DNA of 63,998 nt, the filler included, from Barthelona sp. PAP020 (lineage: Eukaryota), in assembly GCA_040182905.1 (NCBI GenBank). It is 4 parts of 4 records of this genome, joined end to end, with 100 filler letters (N's around TTAATTAATTAA, not from the genome) between each part and the next. Parts side by side here need not be neighbours in the genome. Positions count along the whole stretch, not along the records: positions 52,243 to 63,998 come from JARQWU010000362.1; 3 more parts are not named here. One strand, 5' to 3'. The notes beneath the pieces were generated by a model. It was not told the origin of the DNA, did not search any database, and was given only the letters and a program-made list of their open reading frames with translations. Both the position numbers and the translations under genes were made by a program. This document shows, piece by piece, positions 53,145-62,380 of the stretch (positions are counted from its first letter, which is position 1; every line of letters begins with the position of its first letter).

Positions 53145-54347
53145 ATGTCTACTGAGTTTAGTCGGGAATTAATGGAGAAAACAATTCGTGGTATACTTCC
53201 TTACAGTATTGATGAAAGTAGTGTGAAGGAAATCGAGGGAATACTTTCGAATATTGGTTTTGTGTATGATTGTGAATATTCTCCAAATTGTAAGCATTTA
53301 GCTATTTGTAATGGTAAATTTGTTCATGTGCTTAATAATGAAACAGGAAGATTGAATCGTACTTTGGAAGATAATGTACACAATGTGGTTAGTGTTGCCT
53401 TTTCATCTGATGGAAACATGTTGGCTACAGGTTCTATAGATAATTTTATTACTATCTACAATCTTAAAGATTTCTCCATCTTGAGGAGATTGAACGTTGG
53501 TGCATGTGTTCAGGCAATTTGTTTTTCTCATTGTTGCCATTATATATATAGTGATTTTAACCGAAGTTTAAGGAAATGGGATCTAGATAATGGCACTGTT
53601 GTGTTGGAAGAGAAGGTAAATAAGAGCTTTTTTTCAAATATTAAACTTTCATTGGATGGTAAATATCTTTTGATAAGCAGTAATGATAAAACTGCTAAAC
53701 TGATAAGTTCTGATGATTTTTCAATTATTTTCACGTTTAGCCATGATTCTTATGTTAGGTCAATTGATTTCCATCCAACCAAAAGAATTATTGCTGCTGG
53801 AGATAATTCATACGAAGTTAAACTGTGGAACATCGATGATGGATCGCTAATTCACACTTTTTATACAGGTGGTATGGTGTGCTCACTTCATTTCTTGTCA
53901 TCTGATATCTTACTTATAATGTCTGGTGATGGCTTTATTCACTCATATGATGTTAATACCTTTCGGGAGATTCAAAGAATCCACTGTGGTAGTGAAGATA
54001 ATTATTTTTCTTTTGCTATATCACCAGACAGGACACAATTAGTGTGTGGAAAATGCGGTGGTGATACCATTAAAGTCTATTCAATTGTTTCTCAATATGA
54101 CCCTTTACATCAACTCAAACTGATAGACTTGTCTAAGGATACTGGCTATGTATTACTGAGTCTTATTAACATGAGAATGGACAGTCAAATTATTCGACAA
54201 TTGGTATCTGCAGGTATTTGTATGAATGAAGAGGAGTATGACATGATTGTTAACACATGTTGGGATTTGGTGGATATCAATGAAACCAATGGTGGGAACA
54301 TGTACATGTTTGCAAATAAGAGAGATGAGAGCAGTGATGAGTATTAA
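53145..54347 (+). CDS. WD40-repeat protein with unique C-terminal helical tail
   Basis: VVSVAFSSDGNMLATGSIDNFITIYN, LRKWDL, SSNDKTAKL, HDSYVRSIDFHPTKRIIAAGDNSYEVKLWN. Confidence 0.9.
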   Translation: MSTEFSRELMEKTIRGILPYSIDESSVKEIEGILSNIGFVYDCEYSPNCKHLAICNGKFVHVLNNETGRLNRTLEDNVHNVVSVAFSSDGNMLATGSIDNFITIYNLKDFSILRRLNVGACVQAICFSHCCHYIYSDFNRSLRKWDLDNGTVVLEEKVNKSFFSNIKLSLDGKYLLISSNDKTAKLISSDDFSIIFTFSHDSYVRSIDFHPTKRIIAAGDNSYEVKLWNIDDGSLIHTFYTGGMVCSLHFLSSDILLIMSGDGFIHSYDVNTFREIQRIHCGSEDNYFSFAISPDRTQLVCGKCGGDTIKVYSIVSQYDPLHQLKLIDLSKDTGYVLLSLINMRMDSQIIRQLVSAGICMNEEEYDMIVNTCWDLVDINETNGGNMYMFANKRDESSDEY

Positions 54348-54877
54348 CCTTTGTAAAGCGTCAATTTGCATCTTTTTTTCAATTTAGTCCATAATTTTGT
54401 GAAGACTGCATGATTTTGTTGGTTTGTTGATACTCTTTTAAAACCCCTCAAATTCTAATGAGTGCAGGTAATTCTTTTTGTCAGTGGTCAATCATGTATT
54501 AAGAACGGTTATATCTTGTACCATTTGGTGATAGCTTCAATCTTTCGGCAAATGGCTACACCCTTCAAAAGTCATTTAATTTGTATTTTTCTGTTGTTTA
54601 GCTTCTTTTTCCGTTATTTGGTGTTTGGTTTTCTTTTATAGACAAAGCATTTTTCAAACCTCATTTATTCTTTTGCTATCACTGGATAAAAATGGCCATA
54701 ATTTTTGTGTTCATATTTAGTACAGTATTCTTGAATTCTAACAAATTTGGTTTACCTTTTTAAGATTTGAAACCCAATATAGGTCTTTTGAGTTAAAAAA
54801 AAAAAATTCATCCCTTTTTGATTCATGGTGGAAATTTCATAGTGGGAAGTGAATGTGAATAGTTTTCGGTGTTCAAT

Positions 54878-55160
54878 ATGATTGAGTTGGCTCTATCTCG
54901 CACGTATATTGCTCCTAAAATTGTTGTTTGGCAAAACGTTGATGAGAAAGATCCAAAGGATGTCGACTTATGGCCAAAGGAGATCACAATAGCACCATAT
55001 GTCAGAATTAAGATCTGATTTGAATATCCGAAGTTTCTTTCATTTATACATACTTTCATGATATTTTTGAGATTCTTGACGACGACAAACACTTCAAAAT
55101 TCTTGAAATTTAACTTTGGGACTGTACTCTCATAAATGGTGGCAGTGCTTCAGTTTGTTG
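54878..55160 (+). pseudogene. Possible degraded coding remnant
   Basis: MIELALSRTYIAPKIVVWQNVDEKDPKDVDLWPKEITIAPYVRIKI*FEYPKF, then in a shifted frame HDIFEILDDDKHFKILEI*LWDCTLINGG; GC higher than flanks. Confidence 0.3.
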
Positions 55161-55319
55161 ACTTGACATCTTCTTTGTTTTTTTTTTTTCTCCTCTCTCT
55201 CCTCTCCTCTCCTCCCCCCATATACACTCCTTGCAAAACTTTGTTTATCTTTTTTGACCTATTTTATTCTTTTTTATCCTTTACTTTATAAGCATCCCTT
55301 TTCATAACAATTTCATGAG

Positions 55320-55411
55320 CTTTTCAATTTTGATATCCCCCTCAACATCAGAAATTGCAAGAAGAAAACTCGAACATATTTATATGGTCTTTTACGTGAA
55401 ATCTGTCCGCT
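55320..55411. repeat. ~92-bp repeat, family B copy 2
   Basis: Direct-orientation match to 52278-52372. Confidence 0.88.
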
Positions 55412-55423
55412 ACGAACTCTGAA

Positions 55424-57307
55424 TTATTGGTTCAAAGCATTCTCTACATTCTCCACATTGTTTGATATCGAAGTTTCATCGTCATTTTGCGGGATTTTAA
55501 TTTTTGTACCAAAATGTACCAAATTGACTAAAAAGAAAACACCCACATAAAATAAAATGTTGACCACAATGAAAAACACCAACAGCCAAATGATGTTACA
55601 ACCAATACAAATACTATCAAAACCAATTCTTTTTAAAAAAGTGTTCCCATCTGGAATTGGACATAGTCCATTGGGTAATACCTGCTCAGAAGTACAAGTG
55701 AAAGAGATACCATTAAATTGATCATAAAGAACAATTTGATAAGCATATCGTGAGAAAGAAATTTGGCTTAACCACCGTAACCAAGGAACTGCTTGATCAA
55801 TTTGAACATAAAAACCTGCAAAAATATTCAAAGTTTCAATGATTATTGGCAGTATGACATTCGCTTGATTGATTGTTTTTGAAAAAGCTCCAATACAAAA
55901 CGCGATTGAAAATGAACACAAAGCTAATAAAAAAGCAATTAACCAAAACAAAAGCAAATGTGTATAACCTGGTTTTAGGCCAATCAAGAAGTAGTTAATG
56001 TGAATTTCCACACCTATCCACCAAATCTCCATGAAGAATTCAATGATATATCTGCTAAAAACAAATACTGATACAGTATGAATCCAATTGAATCTTTCCC
56101 TTCTAAAGATCTCTTTTTCATTGAAAAATGAAAAGATTGCTGTAAATGCTGCACCAAAAGACAAAGATAACAATAAAAAAAAAATAGCACCTGCTCTTGA
56201 TTGAATATCTTCCTGTGCATAACCTAATTGTAAAAACGCCAAAGCTAAAAAAATATCAAAAACGATTGAAAAGATTCTAGCAGATATTTTTTCTTTGCTA
56301 CGAAAATATGCATGATATTGTCGCTTGGCCAATTGACCAAATTGAGTCGTTCTTGACGAGTTAAACTCAGCATGTTTCTTAATTTCAAATTCTTGATGAT
56401 TCAGCGTTTCATTAGCAAAATTCTCTTTCGAAACTCGCGCCAAGGCATCCTTTTGCTCATCAGTCATTTTATTATCACTATTTTCATTAAAAATATCCAA
56501 GACATAGTCAGCCAAATTAACATAATCAGGACATTTTAAATTGTTTCTTTCCAAATTCTCATGTAAGTCTTTTTTCTCACCATAATACATGACATTTGAT
56601 TCTTTTAGAATTAAATATCGATCAAATAAGTCAAATAGCGACCTTTGAGGCTGGTGTATCACACAAATAAAAGGTATGTTCTTAGTTCTTTGAATGTCTA
56701 CCAACAAGGATAGAATTTTGAACGCAGTGGCAGAATCCAAACCAGAGGTAGGTTCATCGGCAAAGAGAATTTGGGAATATTCTCTTCCCATTTCAGTACC
56801 AATATTAACCCTTTTTCTTTCACCTCCAGAGATTCTGAATGTACTTGTAGGTTTACCAATAATGCCATTCCTAATTCTGTTTAGTTCCAATTGGTCAAGC
56901 ATTGAATCGGCTTTTTCTTTCCTTTCCTCAATAGTTCCTTCATTCCTAAGAATGAAATGATATTTTAATGATTCAAAAACTGTTTCAGTTGGATATATCA
57001 CTTCTTCTTGAGTAATAGTCGTGACACAACCCTTTAATTCTTTTTGGTTTGTGATTCGATATCCGCCTAAATAGTAGTTTCCAGAAACTTCCTTATATTG
57101 ACATCTTCCACACAAGAAATTTAACAATGTTGTTTTTCCACTCCCAGATTCACCTAAGATAGCCAAACTTTTTCCAGGTGGACAAAATCCATAAACTTTG
57201 GTTAACAAAGTTCTTTCCTTTACTTTGATTGTTACATTTTCCCATTTTATCGGAACAGGTTCAACTTCTTCTCTTTCATTCTCATTAATTTCATTTTCAT
57301 TCAACAT
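55424..57307 (-). CDS. ABCG/White-type half transporter (NBD-TMD)
   Basis: Walker A GESGSGKTT, signature ISGGERKR, Walker B FADEPTSGLDS, IHQP, six C-terminal TMs. Confidence 0.95.
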   Translation of the reverse strand: MLNENEINENEREEVEPVPIKWENVTIKVKERTLLTKVYGFCPPGKSLAILGESGSGKTTLLNFLCGRCQYKEVSGNYYLGGYRITNQKELKGCVTTITQEEVIYPTETVFESLKYHFILRNEGTIEERKEKADSMLDQLELNRIRNGIIGKPTSTFRISGGERKRVNIGTEMGREYSQILFADEPTSGLDSATAFKILSLLVDIQRTKNIPFICVIHQPQRSLFDLFDRYLILKESNVMYYGEKKDLHENLERNNLKCPDYVNLADYVLDIFNENSDNKMTDEQKDALARVSKENFANETLNHQEFEIKKHAEFNSSRTTQFGQLAKRQYHAYFRSKEKISARIFSIVFDIFLALAFLQLGYAQEDIQSRAGAIFFLLLSLSFGAAFTAIFSFFNEKEIFRRERFNWIHTVSVFVFSRYIIEFFMEIWWIGVEIHINYFLIGLKPGYTHLLLFWLIAFLLALCSFSIAFCIGAFSKTINQANVILPIIIETLNIFAGFYVQIDQAVPWLRWLSQISFSRYAYQIVLYDQFNGISFTCTSEQVLPNGLCPIPDGNTFLKRIGFDSICIGCNIIWLLVFFIVVNILFYVGVFFLVNLVHFGTKIKIPQNDDETSISNNVENVENALNQ

Positions 57308-57533
57308 ATAGAATAATGTGTTTATTTTTTTTTAGATTAGTAAAAGAGTTTTTTTTTTTTTTAACAGAACATCATGGGTTGTGTACAAATTATCAGATTC
57401 TTTTCCATTATTCCATTAGATCAGTATATTTAATTGAAAACATGGGTTAAAATAAAATAAAAATAAAAATGATGATTTAAATATTTATTGATTAAAAAGA
57501 CTAGATATAAAGAAGACTCGTTTGATGCCAAAT

Positions 57534-58395
57534 TTAAAACTTTGGACCTCTTCTTTTACCTGTGTATTTGCTGTCGCGTTTTGTTGATAATCCTTGAACT
57601 CTTCTGCGTTCTTTCTTCTTTAGCTTCCATTCAACACTTCCTTTTTTAATTTTATCATCTGACCTTTTATGGTCTTTTTTATATTGTTGCTTTGAAGGCA
57701 TTTCATGACTCTTTGCACCAGGTAACTCTTGTGGTTGATAACCAGCGTATAAAACAAGATAAATTTTTTTTGCTTTTGTTGAATTTGGGAAATCTACAAC
57801 GTTTCCTCCTCCAAAACCAGCTTTTAAAGCACAACCAGTGATTAGTTCTAATTGTTCAGCACCATCGGGATAATACTGTAAGACAGCTCGACCTCCATTT
57901 TTTAGAATTCCATACAATGAATTAAAAAAACTCATCAAACGATGCCTTGCATTATGACTCTTTTCATCCTCATTACAAAGCCATTGCAAAGCACTGATAG
58001 AAATTGCATGATCAAATGTACCTGCTTTAAAGTTCAAACCATTTCCCATATCAGATAAAATTAGATCACCAGAACAATGATCATTGGCAGTCTTTAACAT
58101 GTCAACTGATATGTCTGTTCCAACCCAAAAATGTCCAAATTCAGCCAAAATTTTTCCTGAATGACCAGAACCACAACCAATATCTAAAATATACTGTGCA
58201 CCTTCTTCAGGATCCAAATCTAATAATTCAATAGCTCTTTCTGTCATTTCTCTTTGAATTTTCTTAATACGTGAATTTTTATGATAGTTATTTGCTCTTT
58301 CTTCATCATAATACTAAAAATTGTTAATAACTATTAAAAAATTTAAAACCTACTAATTGAGGAGCCATTTCATATTCAGGACGCTTTCCTACCAT
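57534..58395 (-). CDS. BUD23: 18S rRNA m7G methyltransferase Bud23/WBSCR22; intron 58314-58353
   Basis: Spliced N-terminus MVGKRPEYEMAPQL|YYDEERANNYHKNSRIKKIQREMTERAIELL via a 40-nt GTAGGT...TTAACAATTTTTTAG intron; LDIGCGSG, ISISALQWLCN, DSKYTGKRRGPKF. Confidence 0.95.
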
Positions 58396-58609
58396 ATTTT
58401 TCGAATGTCAATTTGATCTCAAAAGACAAAAAAAATGAAATTAAAAAAAATCAATTTAATTCATGTTTTATCCATAGGGATATTATTTATGTGGTATTGA
58501 ATATATTTTTAAAGAATGCGAAGTAATAAAAAAAGGAAAGTCAAAGTTCGAACTTCCTTTTCTGTTTTGGTGATTATGTTTCATTAGTTTTTTGAATAAG
58601 AAATGAATA

Positions 58610-60883
58610 ATGATGAAAAATATACTTTTTGAACCAAATTATGATGAAAATGATTCAATTTTATTGCAATTTTATAGATTTTTTTGTGGAGATGAGACTC
58701 TTCATTTAATTCATGATGATGATTCTTCCATTGGAGGTTTTGATGATAGAGGACTTGATTTTGATCCTGAATTTGAGTGGCTTTCATATTTGAATAGAAT
58801 GGAAAGCAAATCAAAGAAATCTTTTGATGAATTTGAAAAAAAAATTCAAGATGAAGTAAAAGTGTCTTTTTTACTTCAAAAGATGGGGATTCAAATGTTG
58901 AATATGGAAAAGATAAGTGAAATTTATTTAAAGAAGAAAAAAGATTTATTGGTTTCAAATTCGTATGATAGAAATAAATTCAGTAGTATTCAGGCAAAAA
59001 TGAAAGAATCATTAAAGTTTCATGTGACAAGGACGTTTAAAGAGAAGAAATCGAGTTTTTTTTTTGAATTTTCGAAATTTGTTAAAGATGTGCTGGAAAA
59101 GAGATATATATTGCCTAATAAAAACATAGAGACCTTTTACACTGATTTCATCATAAAAATAACAGAGAAAATCAACAGGATAGCTACGTTTTTTGAGACT
59201 CTTGATGATTCTAAGAGTTTACTTCAAAAATTCAATGAATACTTGATAAATGAATCGATGGATTTCTGTATTAGTCGTATTGAGCGAATTTTGAAAGGAA
59301 GAAATTACCAAAACTTTTTGAAAGAAAAGTTTGCTTATTCAAAGGCAATTTTGGAGGGAACTGGACATCAATCTATCAGATTTATAGTAACGAAAGAATA
59401 TCGTGAAGAGCTCATGCTTGAATTGAATTCTATTTGTGAAAATTGTACTTTAATTACGGGTAGAGGGTACATTACTGTAAGTGAGAACATCATTGACTCA
59501 TATGAGTTTCAACATGTTGAATTAAGAGCCCTTTTTAAAGAACACAAAGGCAAGTCATTTAATAGGGTTATGAAGAATTTCACTGTATTGACTAGCGAAA
59601 AGGAATATTTTATTAGTGCTATAAGTGCTAGGTTAGAAAAAATTATCGCTGAGATTTTGGAAAATTGTTCAATACCTTTAAATGATAAAGGTAATTATTA
59701 CATAAAAAAGGATTACGATCACCAGTACGAAAAATATTTGGGCAATAAAGATTTTTACAAAGCTTATCCTTGTTCTGTTGATGGTTTACAGGAAAGATTA
59801 CCGATTAAAAGTGAATTGATATCAAGCCAAGAACTTTTTGAGATTTATAATCAGTGTATTCATTCAATTGAATATGACGAAAGAAATGTTGACATACAGC
59901 AATATGAATTTAAGAATGTGGGTGAATTCATTGCTGGTATCAGATTTAATAATCGTCTTGCGAAACGATTAATTAGAAATTCCAAGGAATTGATTATTGA
60001 TCTGCATAGTGATGAGGTTATTTTTCAGGAAAATTATGCGGATGTCTTTATTCAGTGGAAAAATTGCAATGGGGTTGTAACCTCTAATATTATTATAACA
60101 AATGGCTTAAAGAGACAGGAAATTGTTAGTGATTTCGGGAGCTATTCGAAGACTTGTCAGATTTTTGCTGTTGATGACATTTTATTAGCTCAATGGATTG
60201 TTGATGATATTAAAGGCTTACCATTAAACATACCGGATGACATCAAACTTAATCAAAGGAAACTTCAAGCATTGACCAAAGCTGTTCGTGCTTTTTCTCA
60301 AACCTTCATTGCTTGTGAGAGTTCGAGAAGAATAGCGACTTTTATTACTCATTTAATGGTGATCAGATTGATTTTGGAGGGTGAATTGAAGTGGTGTGAA
60401 GTTTTACCCAAATATGTCAAGTCCAATTCTTATATTGAAGATGATACCTCAATGAAATTAGATGTTACAGAGAATATAGAGATTATTGCACCTATGACAC
60501 CTGCCAAATCAGTTGAAAATGCCAGAAACATCAATCAATTTAGCGGATTGGTTTATGATGTGGTGATCGGAGCTTCATCAAATATTTTTAAGAGTGGGGC
60601 TTTAGAATTAATATCCAGAGAAAACATTGTTCTTTTTAGATTTCTAAAATGGAAAGTTGAAGAATTCTTATCTTCAAGCAAAATTGAAAATTCCAAAGAG
60701 AATATTGTTGATAAAGTTTTGGAAACAATAAAAAAAAATTTACATGATATTAAATATTTAGATCTTGTTTTATGTGAAGTGGACAAATTTTTGTTTGATT
60801 TTTTGCATCATATTGATGGTTACACAATGTTAGACGATGGCTTTAATCTTGAATACCTCATTAATGAGACGAAAAAATTTTGA
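58610..60883 (+). CDS. Hypothetical protein (757 aa), no family recognised
   Basis: Long uninterrupted ORF in AT-rich DNA. Confidence 0.75.
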   Translation: MMKNILFEPNYDENDSILLQFYRFFCGDETLHLIHDDDSSIGGFDDRGLDFDPEFEWLSYLNRMESKSKKSFDEFEKKIQDEVKVSFLLQKMGIQMLNMEKISEIYLKKKKDLLVSNSYDRNKFSSIQAKMKESLKFHVTRTFKEKKSSFFFEFSKFVKDVLEKRYILPNKNIETFYTDFIIKITEKINRIATFFETLDDSKSLLQKFNEYLINESMDFCISRIERILKGRNYQNFLKEKFAYSKAILEGTGHQSIRFIVTKEYREELMLELNSICENCTLITGRGYITVSENIIDSYEFQHVELRALFKEHKGKSFNRVMKNFTVLTSEKEYFISAISARLEKIIAEILENCSIPLNDKGNYYIKKDYDHQYEKYLGNKDFYKAYPCSVDGLQERLPIKSELISSQELFEIYNQCIHSIEYDERNVDIQQYEFKNVGEFIAGIRFNNRLAKRLIRNSKELIIDLHSDEVIFQENYADVFIQWKNCNGVVTSNIIITNGLKRQEIVSDFGSYSKTCQIFAVDDILLAQWIVDDIKGLPLNIPDDIKLNQRKLQALTKAVRAFSQTFIACESSRRIATFITHLMVIRLILEGELKWCEVLPKYVKSNSYIEDDTSMKLDVTENIEIIAPMTPAKSVENARNINQFSGLVYDVVIGASSNIFKSGALELISRENIVLFRFLKWKVEEFLSSSKIENSKENIVDKVLETIKKNLHDIKYLDLVLCEVDKFLFDFLHHIDGYTMLDDGFNLEYLINETKKF

Positions 60884-61037
60884 ATTTTTTTTAGGTTTTT
60901 GATTCAAACAACTTTTATAAAATGTAAATTGATTATTTTTTTTTCACACGTTTAATTTGGATACCCCGAAAAACTCATTTCTAATATCAGGAATAAAAAA
61001 CACGTACAATATACACAATTTATCAGATATACAACTA

Positions 61038-62009
61038 TCAATTAAATAAATCAACAACAACACCACTGTCATCATTACAACTCTTCTCATAGATTCGTTG
61101 AGCTACAATTACATCAAATAATGCCATACCTGCAGTTTTAAATACAATAGTTTCATCAGAAGTTCTGGAAAAATCATGCACAACAGCATCCGACATGGGA
61201 AATAATTTGTCTTTGGACAAAACATTTTCGTTAACAGGAATGCAAATATCACCAGATTCATCACAAGTATGAAGACAATCATAATAAACACGATTAGCAG
61301 TTCCAATACATTCATCACATAATTCACGCATATTAGGCTTATATGAACCGATAGCAACGATTGTCTTTCCTTTATACAATTCACAATTCTTAGGAACAAC
61401 AGGTTTGGGTGAAGTTGTAGTTGTGATGATAATTTGGGAGTTTGCAATTCCTTCTTCGGCACTTTCACAAGCATGAAAATTGATATGCTCTAAGGAAGGC
61501 TTTAATTTTTCAATTAAATCAATAATTTCTTGTTGATATAAAGAAGAAATATAAACATCAGTTATAGGCTTAACATGACATGCAAAAAGGGTATTGTAAT
61601 AAGCTTGAACACCAGCTCCAATAACACACAAAGAATGAGCATCCTCATGTGCTAATTTTTTCACTGCATATCCTCCAATTGCACCAGTTCTAAATCCAGT
61701 TAAAGTTCTACCATCAATAAGACCAACAAACTCTCCAGTTTTTGGGTCATTAACTACCATAATTCCATCGACAACAGGAGCGTTAGTTCCCCAGTTATCA
61801 GGAAAGACAGTTATAAATTTGGTTCCAAAACCTGTATTTGGGACAAGACAAGGCATGTACATAATACTGTTTTTGTCAGAATTATGTACGAACCTGTCAG
61901 GTTGATCATAATTTTCAGAATGATAGATATGATAACATTGTTCAATAGAATCAAGAAAATCATCTAAAGACATTGTTTCTCTGATTTCTTTTGCGCTAAT
62001 TATTCTCAT
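61038..62009 (-). CDS. Ornithine cyclodeaminase / mu-crystallin family protein
   Basis: GTKFITVFPDN, LTGFRTGA, IGAGVQA, AIGSYKPNMRE, FKTAGMALFDVIVA. Confidence 0.92.
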   Translation of the reverse strand: MRIISAKEIRETMSLDDFLDSIEQCYHIYHSENYDQPDRFVHNSDKNSIMYMPCLVPNTGFGTKFITVFPDNWGTNAPVVDGIMVVNDPKTGEFVGLIDGRTLTGFRTGAIGGYAVKKLAHEDAHSLCVIGAGVQAYYNTLFACHVKPITDVYISSLYQQEIIDLIEKLKPSLEHINFHACESAEEGIANSQIIITTTTSPKPVVPKNCELYKGKTIVAIGSYKPNMRELCDECIGTANRVYYDCLHTCDESGDICIPVNENVLSKDKLFPMSDAVVHDFSRTSDETIVFKTAGMALFDVIVAQRIYEKSCNDDSGVVVDLFN

Positions 62010-62380
62010 TTAATGAAAAAATATTGTTTTAACCAGATAAATTTTCCAAATTTTTCTTCAATCATCTTGAAAGAAATTTTTTTTGATTTCTATCAGGAAT
62101 TGATTTTTTTTCCATCATTTCTTTATTTTTTTTAAAAATTTCATCATATTTGTTAACAATTATTTTTCTTATGTTCCATATAATTCTTTTTGCAATAGAT
62201 TATATCTTCATTTCCTGGAATCTTTATTTCATTTATTATCTATTATTTATGATAAATCATTTAAAAATACAACAATCATGTAATAAATTTTAATTGACTG
62301 TATTCTTTTAAAATCCTAAAAAAAAGCTTTGTTTTTCCTAACTTTATTTTTCTTCTAACTTTTGTTGTTTTTTTTTATTA

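Noticed and set aside
55188..55218. CT-rich microsatellite, and a 16-nt tandem duplication at ~52110-52142
   Set aside because: Short simple repeats; not CRISPR-like (no spacers) and not telomeric.
1391..62009. Alternative genetic code (TAA/TAG = Gln as in hexamitids and ciliates)
   Set aside because: Conserved proteins are uninterrupted under the standard code and end at expected C-termini with TAA (BUD23, separase), TAG (kleisin, MAK21) or TGA (Sm D2, trehalase).
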